Below, piece by piece: positions 36,553-48,751 of a stretch of DNA of 64,000 bases (position 1 is the first letter of the stretch; each line of letters begins with the position of its first letter). The DNA is from Lama glama (taxonomy: Eukaryota). The position numbers and the translations under genes were made by a program. The stretch spans positions 99,760,001 through 99,824,000 of the forward strand of contig CM052817.1 in the NCBI GenBank assembly GCA_028534125.1, read 5' to 3'. A model generated the notes under the pieces. That model was not told where the DNA came from and ran no database searches. It saw only the letters and a program-made list of their open reading frames with translations.

Positions 36553-36853
36553 CAGATCTTCCTCATTTTTTGACGGGGTTAATCCCAATAAACCCATCGT
36601 AAGTTGAAAATAAGTTGATAATGCTTTTAATACACCTAACCTACCGAACCTCATAGTTTAGCCCAGTCCACTTTAAATGTATTCAGAACATTCACCATAG
36701 CCTACAGTTGGGCAAAGTCCAGCATCACAAGAGAGTATGAACTGCCTGTCACTAGCCTGGGACAAGATCAAAATTCAAAATTCCAAGTACGGTTTCTACT
36801 AAGTGTCTATCACTTTTGTACCTTTTTTCATAAAGTTGAAATTGTAAGTTGAA
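36553..36853 (+). mobile_element. MER47-like (TcMar-Tigger) DNA transposon
   Basis: cagatcttcctc...gacggggttaatcccaataaacccatcgtaagttgaaaat...tttaatacacctaacctaccgaac...agcctacagttgggcaaa...tgtaagttgaa. Confidence 0.85.
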
Positions 36854-37524
36854 GTGCTGTTTTTCAAGGTCTCAGACATTGGCTTAAGATTCTCATGCTG
36901 TGATTTGATTCTGTTTATTCAGCTAGGGAATACATGAAAGTTACCTTCCAAACATCCAAAAGTGTTTCCTTCTGTTGCTTGAACTTCAAAAAAATATTTT
37001 TTTCTTGTTCAGTTCAGATTAATCTAGGCAGTGGCATTCTGTGCCCTTTCTAAGTCAATCAGCTTCATTCATGTCATCAAAGGAGAATTTTTGCATGGCT
37101 TTCTAATTTTTCAGGTTGATTGAAAAACTCAGTGAGGATACAAAAGATATTAATTTGTTCTTTTCCTTCTAAATCTTGAACCATTTGTTTTCTTGCTCCA
37201 TATTGTAAGGCAAGTTAACATTCTCCTTTTTTCCAATCGTTCCACAATTTCAGGCTTTTGTTGAATACACTGTATGTTTACTTTTAGATTTTGACATTTT
37301 AATTACTAGGAGTATTTGATCACATGGAATTGTAATGATGTTCAACACCACCACCTGACTTCCATTTGCACACAGTGCTGACGGAATGACGGGCGGTGGG
37401 TACCCTGGTTGGGTTCTGACAGCCGATTGGTGAAGGAAGAGGCAGGGTGTTCCCATGGTACCACAGACGCATTGTACTGTCTCTTGGTTACTGTGCAGTT
37501 TCAAACAGCAGATAGCTGCTGTTT

Positions 37525-37870
37525 CAGTCAGAGTTCATTGGTTGCAAAGAACAAAAGTCCTCTCAAAGTGACTTAAAGAAGCTAGAAAAAACTTAGATAT
37601 GTAGGATTTTACAGCCCATTTCAAAGATACGCGTGGCCCTACCAGGGACTATGGAATGGGCAAAAAAGTCAAGAATCATGGTCACATCACATCCTCTCTA
37701 GTTCTGCCTTCCCTGCTTCTCTCTCTCCTCTTTGACATGGGCCAGCATACTGACCTTTTGGTTTTAGGCCCAAATATTTTTCCTAAGTCAGAGTCTCAAA
37801 AAAGACAATTCGATTGGCTTAATTCAGCCTATGGATCTGTTCCCCTGAATCAGGCAGCTACCCTGGTTCT
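37525..37870 (-). mobile_element. Old MaLR (MLT1-like) LTR fragment
   Basis: tcagtcagagttcattggttgcaaagaacaaaagtcctctcaaagtgacttaa; gattggcttaattcagcc. Confidence 0.45.
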
Positions 37871-38898
37871 CGGACTGGTTAGGGCTGGGAGCATTTTACA
37901 CGGTACAAGCGAGGCAGCCTTCAGCCGGGTCCTGCACCTCCTGCACTGGTTCTTTGTTTCTAACCTATTCTTGCCTATTTTCTATCCTTTTGTCTTTTTG
38001 TTCCATATTTTGAGAGATTTCCTCGCTGTTATCTTGGAGTACTTTTACTGAATTTTTATTTTGGTAATCATATTTTCAAAAATATTTTTCAAGTTCTTTA
38101 TTTTTCTCCAGTCATTTTATTTTCATCTGTCTCATTCTTGTTTAATGGTTGTAATACTTCTTGAATCTCTTTGAGTTGTATTAAAGTTATTTCTTTTTAA
38201 AGTGCTCTTCTGTTTCCTGAGTTAATTCTGGTTCTTCTCATTGTCAGTTTTCTCCCCCCTAATGTTACTGATTTTCCTTGTAGGCCTGGTTGCCTCTTCA
38301 TAATTAAGGAGGAAGAACTGGGGAGAGTTTTCTCTACTATCTTGAAAAGATCTATCTGTAGAGCACTCCCCCCACCTCTCCTTTGAGCAGGAATTCTAAA
38401 CAGCGCTTAGTGTGTATGTGTGTGTGTGTCAGGGATTGGGGATACTAGGTGGGCAGCTGGCCAGCTTTGCTTCACCCCAAAAATGCAGAGGAGGATTTAC
38501 TCTGAGGAACCAGAATTCACCTTGGAAACCTTTATAAGCCATGTCTTATTCCCTGTTGCAAAAATTGGTTGTGTTATTTTAGAGATGAACCCCCAGATGT
38601 TTGTCTGTCATTACACTTGGCTGTGCCACCTGTGGGCTCTGTTAGGGGTCAGGGAGGTGGAGTGGTCAGTGTCGTCACTTCACCCCCCTGTTTACTGCCC
38701 CGTAGCAGCCTCCCCACTCTGGTACCTGTTGACTCGGAGCCTGGAGCCTCCCTGGGATTCTCTTGAGCAGATTGTCTCCTTGGTGGCCCATGGGTAGTAG
38801 CTGTCTCCTCATTGTTTCATCTGTCAGCACCTTCTCATCTCTTGCTTCGTTTTCCAGAAATTTGATGAAATCTCTCATTTATTTAAAGTTCTTTTCCA

Positions 38899-39503
38899 TG
38901 ACACAACATTGTAAACTGACTATACTTCAATTTTAAAAAAAGGCAGATCATTAGGACTTTATAGGTAGAATGATAGTCATTAACAGTTTTTAAACAGTGA
39001 GCTGAGTGGCCTTTATCAGAACTGCAAATGAGAAATATCACCATGATTACATAAGGAAGAATGAATTAGTATGTGTGCATTGGCTTGGGAGTGTTGAGGA
39101 TGTCAAAAAACTAAAAGGAGTTTCAAGCATAGCAAGCAAAGAAATATAATGTTGCTTAGATAATCTAGAAGTTAGATAATCTAGGGCTATTTAGGAATTG
39201 ACTTTATAGGGGAACTTTTAGAAGAGAGGAAGAGATGATTGAAAATGAAATTTAAGTTTCAGGCCTGGTCAGTTTGGTCAATGCGATCATTTACCTATAA
39301 TGCCAAGACAGAAGACCGAAGTGGAAGGAAGTTTACAAAAGATGGAGAACTTAGATGAATGGAAGATAATATGTTCAATATGTGTATTAAAAATGTACAA
39401 ATATGTATTAAATTTGAGGCACCTAGAATACATCCAAGTAGAGCTGTCTTGCAAATACATGAGAATGTTGTAAAAATTCTCTTATCTGAAACAAACAAAC
39501 AAC
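38899..39503 (+). mobile_element. Severely 5'-truncated young L1 (38899-38942) with a ~545-bp 3' transduction and (AAAC)n tail
   Basis: Perfect 14-bp TSD aaagttcttttcca at 38885-38898 and 39504-39517, at a TTT|AAAG endonuclease-type site. Confidence 0.85.
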
Positions 39504-39740
39504 AAAGTTCTTTTCCAGCAAACTCTTTTTGATCTTACAGAATTCTTCGGTTTTATTTTTCGGTCCATTCACTTCATTTGGGATTCAGGTGGGATGACCA
39601 GGCTATCAACCATGTGGAAACTGAAACCTCAAGGTTGTTCTTTTAAAAAATAGCATTTGGCTTTTGGCTTTTGTTTTACTCTTTAAAATGAGAGATAGAT
39701 CATACATACACACATACATATAAAAGAATATATATCAGTT

Positions 39741-39828
39741 GGGAGGGAATAGCTCAGTGGTAGATCACGTGATTAGCATGCACGAGGTGTTGGGTTCCAT
39801 CCCCAGTACCTCCATTAAAAAAAAAAAA
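39741..39828 (+). mobile_element. Vic-1-type camelid SINE, short form
   Basis: gggagggaatagctcagtggtagatcacgtgattagcatgcacgaggtgttgggttccatccccagtacctcc followed by an A tail. Confidence 0.88.
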
Positions 39829-39949
39829 GTATATGTATACTTTAAAGAAAAATAGTAAAATGAACACTGGTGCCTACTACATGGCTTAAGAAATGGAATA
39901 TCACATTGTCAGTAATCTTAGAGGTCCCGTGTGTCCATCCTTGATCTCA

Positions 39950-40117
39950 TCTTTTTTTTTTTTTTTTTGAGGTTTGTTTTTTTTTTTTTACATTTTTATT
40001 GATTCATAATCATTTTACAGTGTTGTGTCAAATTCCAGTGTTCAGTACAATTTTTCAGTCATACATGGACATATACACACTCATTGTCACATTTTTTTCT
40101 CTGTGATTTATCATAAC
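39950..40117 (-). mobile_element. Young L1 3' end running into the assembly gap
   Basis: Long T-rich tail, then tttacagtgttgtgtcaaattccagtgttcagtacaatttttcagtcatacatgg. Confidence 0.8.
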
Positions 40118-40617
40118 NNNNNNNNNNNNNNNNNNNNNNNNNNNNNNNNNNNNNNNNNNNNNNNNNNNNNNNNNNNNNNNNNNNNNNNNNNNNNNNNNNN
40201 NNNNNNNNNNNNNNNNNNNNNNNNNNNNNNNNNNNNNNNNNNNNNNNNNNNNNNNNNNNNNNNNNNNNNNNNNNNNNNNNNNNNNNNNNNNNNNNNNNNN
40301 NNNNNNNNNNNNNNNNNNNNNNNNNNNNNNNNNNNNNNNNNNNNNNNNNNNNNNNNNNNNNNNNNNNNNNNNNNNNNNNNNNNNNNNNNNNNNNNNNNNN
40401 NNNNNNNNNNNNNNNNNNNNNNNNNNNNNNNNNNNNNNNNNNNNNNNNNNNNNNNNNNNNNNNNNNNNNNNNNNNNNNNNNNNNNNNNNNNNNNNNNNNN
40501 NNNNNNNNNNNNNNNNNNNNNNNNNNNNNNNNNNNNNNNNNNNNNNNNNNNNNNNNNNNNNNNNNNNNNNNNNNNNNNNNNNNNNNNNNNNNNNNNNNNN
40601 NNNNNNNNNNNNNNNNN
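40118..40617. other. Assembly gap (500 N)
   Basis: Run of n characters. Confidence 1.
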
Positions 40618-41180
40618 TAATTCTCTTTCCTGCTGCTGATGGACATTTGTGTTGTTTTTGCAAGCAAGAGAAAGATTGGTATGACCATAGTTCCTATTGC
40701 ATATATGTCAGCGTTTCTCTAAATGTATAAACCTAGGAGTGGAATTGCTGGGTCAGAGCGTATATACATGTTTAATTTTACTAGTTTATGACAACTCTGT
40801 GCCCGAGTGGTTGTACCAGGACACACCACACTGGTGTGTGAAATTGCCTGTGGCTTGATGACACTTAGTGTGATTGGATTTTAAATATTTTTGCCCATTT
40901 TGGGGGTGTGCAATCATATCTTACTGTGTGTTTTTAAAATTGAGATGTACTTTATGTATAGCATAATTTACCTTATTGTGGTTTTAATTTTAATCTTCCT
41001 GATTATTAATGAGATGAAAGATATATTATCACATGTATATTAACCTTTCATACTTTCTCTTCTGTGAAAGTTTGCTATGTTCTCCCACTTTTCTCTCATT
41101 GATTGGTGGGTGTTCCTTGTATATCCTGAATATATAAGAGTGTATATGTATCTGTAATATGTGATGGAATTTATTTTTTT
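40618..41180 (-). mobile_element. Old L1M fragment
   Basis: gatggacatttg; acctaggagtggaattgctgggtca; gtggttgtacca; ttgtggttttaattttaatcttcctgattattaatgag. Confidence 0.7.
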
Positions 41181-41570
41181 GTGGGCAGGCCCCATTGCGC
41201 CAGGAGGAAAAGGCAGTGCTCATGTCCAGTGGTCAGTTTTCTACAAACATGATTACGGCATTTTCTCTTCTCCTCTTTTTAGTTGTGGTTAATCTTTGAC
41301 AAAATTGAGAAGTAAGTTTTGGCACTTTAAAAAGTTTGGAATCTTTTTTCTGTCCCTCCTCCTAATCTACCCCTATTGTGAAACAATTTTGGTTGAAAAA
41401 ATATCCTTGATATTCAGTAACGCAGAATGTTTTCTTTGCAGTGCGTGCTGTTCAGGTTGGAGTACACTGCTTATGATGCTTGATGCTCTCAGACCTGTCT
41501 CAGTGATATCAGACCTCAGGCTGGCCAGCAGAGGAGTTGGGTGTGGATGCTGATGCAGATCTCTAATGCA

Positions 41571-42455
41571 TTTTTTTAATTGAAGTATAGTTGATTTATA
41601 ATGTTGTGTTAGTTTCTGTTGTAGAGCATTGTGATTCAATTGTACATATATATATATATTCCTTTTCATATTCTTTTTCATTATAGGCTATTATAAGGTG
41701 TTGAATATAGTTCCCTTTGCTCTAGAGTAGGACCTTGTTTATCTATTTTATATAGAGTAGTATTTGCAAATCTCCAACTCCCAGTTTATCCCTTCCTATC
41801 TCTTTCCCCCCAGATAACCATAAGTTTGTTTTCTGTGTCTGTCTGTTTCTGTTTTATAAGTAAGTTCATTTGTGTCTTTTTTTTTTTTTTTTAGATTCTA
41901 CATCTAACTGATATCATGTGGTATTTTCCTTTCTTTTTCTGGCTTACTTCACTTAGAATGACAATCTGCTGGTCCATCCGTGTTGCTGCAAATGGTATTG
42001 TTTTATTTTTTATGGCTGAGTAGTACCAGCCATATATAAATACACCACAGCCATAAATATACACAACCCTTCTTTATCCAATTATCTGTTGATGGACATT
42101 TAGGTTGCTTCCATGTCTTGGCTATTGTAAATTGGCTATTGGCTGTTGTAAGTGAACATTGGGGTGCATGTATTTTTTTTGAATTAGAGTTTTCTCTGGA
42201 TATATGCCCAGGAGTGGGATTGCTACATCATATGGTAAATCTGTTTTTAGTTTTTTAAGGAATCTCCATATTGTTTTATAAAATGCTGCACCAAACTACA
42301 TTCCCTCTAACAGTGTAGGAGGGTTCCCCTTTCTTCATACCTTCTCCAGCATTTATTGTTTGTAGACTTTTTAATGATGGCCATTCTGACTGGTGTGAGG
42401 TGATATCTCATTGCAGTTTTGATTTGCATTTCTCTGATAATTAGTGATATTGAGA
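41571..42455 (-). mobile_element. Lineage-specific L1 (3' UTR plus end of ORF2)
   Basis: ttttaattgaagtatagttgatttataatg...ggcttacttcacttagaatgac...gcccaggagtgggattgct...ggccattctgactggtgtgaggtgatatctcattg. Confidence 0.92.
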
Positions 42456-42512
42456 AGTTATTTATTTTCTATTTTTTTAATGGTAGAAATGATATTACTG
42501 GGTATCAAAGTT

Positions 42513-42646
42513 CTCAGAAGAAACCAGTCCTGCTTATACCTTGATCTCATACTTCTAACTTCCAGAATTGTGAGAAAATTAATTTCTGTTGTTTAAGCCA
42601 CCCAGTCTGTGAAACTTTGTTATGATAGCCCTAGCAAACTAATATA
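42513..42646 (+). mobile_element. MLT1 LTR 3' fragment
   Basis: ccagaattgtgagaaaattaatttctgttgtttaagccacccagtctgtg...gccctagcaaactaatata. Confidence 0.85.
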
Positions 42647-43312
42647 ATACATAACATGAAATTTACCATTTTATCCATTTTTAAGTGTACAGTTTAATGG
42701 CATTAAGTACAGTTGTGTTGTTATGCAACCATTATCACCATCCATCTCCAGAGCTTTTGTTGTCTTACAAAATTGAACTCTGTACTCTATTCGATTCTCC
42801 CCACCAGCCTCTAGCAACCACCAATCTACTGTCTCTATGACTTTGAATACTCTATATCTCATATATATGAAATCATACAGTGTTTATTTTTATTCTTTTG
42901 TGATTGGCATATTTCATTTTGCATAATGTGTCAAGATTCATCCATGTTGTAGCATGTGTCAGAATTTCCTTCCTTTTATGACTGAATAATATTCCATTGT
43001 GTGTATATATACCACATTTTATTTATTGAATGGTCATTTGGGTTGCTTTCTTCTTTTGGCTATTGTGAATAATGATGTTATGAACATGGGTATACAAATA
43101 ATCTAAGATTTTTTTTTTCTTTTGGGTATAGATCTTGAAGTGGAACTGGTGGGTCATGTGGTCATTCTACTAATTAATACTTTATTAACTTTTTGAGACA
43201 CCACCATACTGTTTTCTATAGCATCTGCACCATTTTACATTCATACCAGCAGTGCACAAGGGTTCCAGTTTCTCCACATCCTCCACCAATATTATTTTCT
43301 GTGTTTTTTAAT
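42647..43312 (-). mobile_element. L1MA/MB-type 3' fragment
   Basis: aaatttaccattttatccatttttaagtgtacagtt...ttcatccatgttgtagcatgtgtcagaatttccttcc...ccagcagtgcacaagggttccagtttctccacatcct. Confidence 0.88.
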
Positions 43313-45511
43313 ATTAGAAATGATATTACTGAGTATCAGAGCTTTCAGGTTTAATGCAGTGCCCTTTTGATTTTGTTGTGGGAAGGAGGTGATAAAATTA
43401 TCACTGGATTTAGTCAGAGAGTTGATTCTCCAAGGGTTGTGAGGTGGCATTCATATGCCTCTTGATTTCAGGCAGAATACCGTGGCAGCTCACCAGGAAG
43501 CACTGAAGTTACTGGTGTGAAAGACTGGCAGCCACTTTTTCCCCTGTTTGGTCCAGGAGATCAGTTCCTGTAGTAATTTTGGGTCTGCTTGTGTGATGTA
43601 GGACCAGCTATGACAAAATGCAAGCATTTCTAACTACAAAGACTCTGTGAAATCGCTCTTTTGCCTAACTAAAGAGACTAGCAAGTTTGTTACTTTTTTT
43701 CCCCAGGGCAAATTTTCATTTTCCTAAGTGTTTACAGCTGTGTTTGTTTAAAACACTCTTGTAGCTAACGATTACAGACCTGTGAAGAAAACAGAGAAAG
43801 TTAGGCAAATTAGGCCTAAAAAATCTCAGGCAAAGGCTGTAGTAAGACACAGAAGCCTGAGAGAGCATAGGAGCTTCCTCAGGGCATTTTTGAAATCATG
43901 AAAGAGTTATATGTTTGACCGTAAATGTTGCATTACAACCGCCTAAAAGATTATGTTCCAAGAGGTTTTGAATATTTACAAATACATCCCTTAACTTCTA
44001 GTTTGTGTATGAAAATGGAAAGTTTTTTTGTGGGTGTATTTTTTTTTCTTGCCTTGTCTACTTATGTGGATATCTCTTCCCTCCAACAGCAATTTTTGGT
44101 GGCTTACAGCGGGAAAACAAAAATTCTTTACTGTGGTTTGGGACTGACAAAGCCACCTAGTCTCATTGGGAGGTCAAATCCCAATCAACTCCCCCGCACC
44201 CCTACCGCCACTTTGCCATTCTAAACTCGTTTGTGTACATGATAATTTGACTTGGAAGCAGCTCAGTTTAACAATCACACGTTAACAGCACTAAGGATTA
44301 ACAGTAGCATTACCGTACCCAGTACAATTAATTTTACACACACAACTCATATTTTTCTTTGTGCGATTTGTACACCTACTGGTTTGAGAATTCACAGTAA
44401 ATATAATTAGCACTATTGAAGCTAAAGAATATAATGATGCTTCCTCTATTATTAGCCAGTCCTCAGCGTCACTGTAATAATAGCGCTTTGTCTAAGAACC
44501 CTGAAAACTCTGCCAGTGCTTCGCAGGCTGTGTAAATGGAGATAACCATGGCCGTCATTAAAGGCTACAGGTCATCCCCCAGCAGGGATCAGCTACTCCT
44601 GCCTCATACCGTTTGCTGATATGGTTCCCTTTGGGATAGTAAAGCTGGATTAGGAGCCCCAGCTAACAACACATGCCCTTGCATGGGAATGATACAAGGA
44701 GCAGGAGTTGATTTCATGGCTCTCTTGAGATGTGGCCCCCCCAGGTCTGTTCCCCTTACTTTGGAAGTTCAGAGCTGACTCCGGCAGGAGCCACTTCTTC
44801 ATTTGGTGCTTTGGGTGTTTTCTGAAGGCCTTCCCATCAGTAGTCCTGATCTGGGTCAGTGGGACCACCCCTCAGTCTGTGTTATTGCACATAATGAAGC
44901 ACTGCCTCTAAAGGCAGGGAAGCAGAAGGCTTGCTTTACTTTACTGTTAATTAACTGACAAGTTATTTCATTAAGTTTAACAGATAGATATCTGAAGTCT
45001 GCTGTGTGTTGGCAGAGCCGTGCTAAGCTCAGTAGAGGTCCATAAAATACATGTAAAACATAGTTCCTATTGAAAGGAGACTGGCGTGTAAGACGGAAGC
45101 AGGGCGCCCAGGAGAACACAACCAGCCAGGCAGAGAGGACTGCATTGCGTGTTCGGAGCCTGAGTGCTCAGGAACTACAGGGAGGAGACGGAGCACAGGA
45201 GGTATGCCAGGGAGAGAGCTGCTTTCTGCACGTTGACTCCCAGTTCCTTAAGGGACTCGGCCTTCTGGCAAATTTACCCTGATCCTTTAATCATAGTTAG
45301 GTACAGGACTGCTAAAATATATAAATAAACATTTTTCATCTGATAGTGGAAGTAATAACTTTGAGGAGCAGAAGACTTGGGAAACATACGTATACTACAC
45401 AAAAGAAAAATGAATCACCTATAATCCGGCTACCTAGACATAGTCACTGTTAACATTGTGTAACATTCCCCCTGCCCCCTCTTTTTTCCTATGTAATTGA
45501 CTTTAATTATT

Positions 45512-45656
45512 TTTTTATTTTTTATTTTATTTATTTTTGGGGGGAGGTAATTAGGTTTGCTTATTTATTTATTTTTGGAGGAGGCACCGGGGATTGAACC
45601 CAGGACCTTCGTGTATGCTAAGCATGCTCCCTACCACTTGAGCTATACCCTACCCC
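45512..45656 (-). mobile_element. Vic-1-type camelid SINE, long form
   Basis: Reverse complement of ggggtagggtatagctcaagtggtagggagcatgcttagcat...gtcctgggttcaatcccc; flanked by tgactt(t/a)aattattttt direct repeats. Confidence 0.9.
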
Positions 45657-46934
45657 TGACTTAAATTATTTTTATTTAGATTCTCAAACCAGAGGGTGTA
45701 TAGATTCCATAAAGAATAAATATGAGTTGGATTCATAGAAGATCATTGTATTGGTTATTGTGATGATAGTTTTGACCTTGCCTACCTTTAATTTTGCAGT
45801 TATATTGGGAAGTTTTTGTAAACCTTGAAAAAAGCCATTTGATTTCATTTTAGAGTATTTTAAAGCACATGACCTTATTTTAAAGAGAATGTTTTTAATG
45901 GACAGACTTTTGGGAATGATAGAAGAAGATGAAGATTTTCTAATAAAGAGAATTATGGTTGTTTAATTTTATGATAGTAAGAAATCTCTGTAATAGGTTA
46001 ATATCTTTGTACTCTTACAGTGTTTAGATTTTTTGTTCTTTTTATAGTAGTATTTTTTTCCCAGAAATTATGTATATGAAGAAGGTTTGTGTTTCTTATT
46101 TATTAGTTATATCTTCTTATCCTCATGGAAAATTTATGTTATTAAGTTAATTAGTAAAAAAAGTTAGGCTAAGTTAGTAAGAAAAGAAAAATACTGAATG
46201 TCAGACAGCTTAATTTTTTGGTATGTGCTAAACTATTGGTGACTTTAAGACCTTAACATCTGACAGGAACATTTAGAGCAAGAAATTGCTGGGCAGTGGC
46301 CTTCACACTTAGGGAAGAGGCTGGCTTTTGAAGTATGTTTTCCAATCTGCCATTATTATATTTGTTCTGTCCATTTTGTGCCAGACTAGGAAAGCTAACA
46401 GCGGGATTCCATGTTTTATAAGAACCTCATGAATTCTCCATGTTCTAGAAGGTGTTACTGAATATAAAACTACAAAGTAGAGTTTATTCCTTTTTTCCCC
46501 TACCTGTCACTTATGCACCTTTTGACTGATTGAGAGGTCTTAATCTTCTTGGAAATTGGTGACTCCTCGCTGTGGTTTTAAAAAAGGCATTGTTTTTAGT
46601 ATAATGTGTGGTGGACCTGGTTCTATGGCGTCTTTGTTAAAAAAAAAAATCCCTTGGTGCTCTAAGACCTTTTGTTTGAGGGGGGAGGGGTGTCACAAAC
46701 TCAGGGGCCAGACAGATATATAATGAGAATATAAGATTCTAAGGAGGAGTGGTGAGGACTTTGACAGGCTGTACATTGCTCGCCTCTCCAGTGGCAATAA
46801 AACAAAAACACAAAATACATTGTGATGGCCAAACAGAAAGCCCAGGTTTGCGTCGAAGCCTACCAGTTTATGCCTGGTGATGCCTGTGACCCCTGCAGTA
46901 ATAACAGTGGTATGTAGTAGTACAGTGATAATTA

Positions 46935-47125
46935 AAACAGCTAACACTTTTTGAGAGCTTACTCTGTGCTGGACGTGTACATTATCTGATTCTGTCTTCA
47001 CAATCAAGGTAAATAATATTGTTACCCCTATCTTAGAGATAAAACTGAGGCCTAGAGAGGTTTTTTTTTTGCTCATGTCACAGAGATAGTAAGTAGCAAA
47101 GCCAGGTTTGTCTGACTCTGGGCCT
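46935..47125 (-). mobile_element. MIR SINE
   Basis: agctaacactttttgagagcttactctgtgc...aaaactgaggcctagagagg...gtcacagagatagtaagtagcaaagccagg. Confidence 0.8.
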
Positions 47126-48720
47126 TGGGCTCTGTGGTGTGTTTTGATTTTAGGCCACAGAACTTTGAATTGCATTCATTGGGTAGGAAAAAAATTGTCA
47201 GTCAATGGCTAAGCTGCTCAGCGTGTGGGCAGCGGCCAGCTTTGTGGCCTTGGAGGAAGGAGTCAGGCCTGGGAGGAAGAGCAGTGTTCTTGGGCCTAGA
47301 GAAGAGGAAACCAGGGTCAGGTGCTGCGGTGTGGACGGGCTCTAGAAGTCTTCGCAGAGGCTGATGCGGTGAGGCCTCGGGAGGGGATAAAGTCACAGTT
47401 GGTACAGAAGATGTGTGTGGGGTGTGCGCAGCCTGTAGGGGTGGGAGGTCAGACCCCGTGGAGGGGCTTGTGATGTGGGTTTTGGCAGACGTGAGTCAGG
47501 CCTCCTGGGATATTTTGTACCATTGGCTTCCTAGCTGGGTACAAGGAAATAGAGCTGAGGAAGAAAGATCTAAAAGGTATCGGTCTGAGACTTAATCCAG
47601 GGCTTCCTGTCACAATACACCTTAAAACTAAACGAGGTTTTCGTTGGGTGGAGGGGATTGTTTCTCTCACTGGCTTTTCTTTGGTGGCCGTGGCAGCTCC
47701 TCTTCCTGCCTCAGAGGGTGCGTCTCTCTCTGGACCCCTGGCATTTCCCTTGCTAGTTAGTGGAAACCAAGTATCCTCACAAACCTTTGGTTGTTGAGTT
47801 AGAACCAGAAACGTCCAGCTGTCACGTAGCACCTCTAAACAGACAAGTCACTGACGCGCTGCTCACTGTAGCTCTCAAAGCCTCTCTGTCTAAGTGCCTT
47901 TAACTCAGGGACATGGAATGTAAAGCCCCAGGTATTCCAAACCAGCTACATGTGAACACGAACCCTAGGAAACACCACAGCCTCTGGGAGAGGCCTGTGT
48001 CCATAAACCTCACAGAGCCCTAAAGAGAAATTTTTTAAAAGTATGCACATACACCACAAAAAACAAATTAAAGGGCTGTATCTTGACCTTTTTTTTCCTT
48101 AACAGTGTGAGTATACTACAGAAATACATGAGGAAGTAAGACTGATGAATGGAGTTTGCTTTTTGTAGCCTAAGACTTTTAAATAGATACGGAAGGAGGA
48201 GGAAGCAAACTTAGTTACAAGAAACCTAACACTGCTAGAAGGAGGGGTGGGGGGACCAAAAATAGAGCCTGAGCGGGTCCTCGGGAAGCCCTTCTGTTGA
48301 ATTGTTTGGTTTAAAATGATCGCTTTCCTAGAAGCAACAAGAAAAACTGGTCCAGTTTGTTTTCAGAGTTGGAAGAAAATTCTTAATGTAAGCAGCTCCT
48401 GGCTTCACAGCGTTTCCATCTGGAATATCATTTAAGAATTTGGCCAGATCTCAAGTGATTTATGTTTAGTAAATAAGATTATTTTCAGCTTCCTATTGTG
48501 AAAGAGCAAATGGTTTGGCTTAGTTGCTGCTTTTCAGCCTCTTTTAATTGCTTGTCAAGGTAATACTGCATTAATCTCCGTTATTTATCTCGGGTCGGGT
48601 TTGCAGTGGTTTCTGAAGCAAGAAACCAAAACAGCGGTTGAAGAGAGAATGGCTTAACGTGTTAATACCTTTGTTGTAGAGCTACCAAATCTACAACTTT
48701 CTTAAGGTTGTCTTTGGTGA

Positions 48721-48751
48721 TGTGTGTGTGTGTGTGTGTGTGTTTGTGTGT
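48721..48751. repeat. (TG)n microsatellite
   Basis: tgtgtgtgtgtgtgtgtgtgtgtttgtgtgt. Confidence 0.95.

Noticed and set aside
40025..40688. Three ~200-aa ORFs
   Set aside because: Artefacts of translating through the N gap.
46693..47175. 160-aa minus-strand ORF
   Set aside because: Largely reads through a MIR element; no protein-family resemblance.
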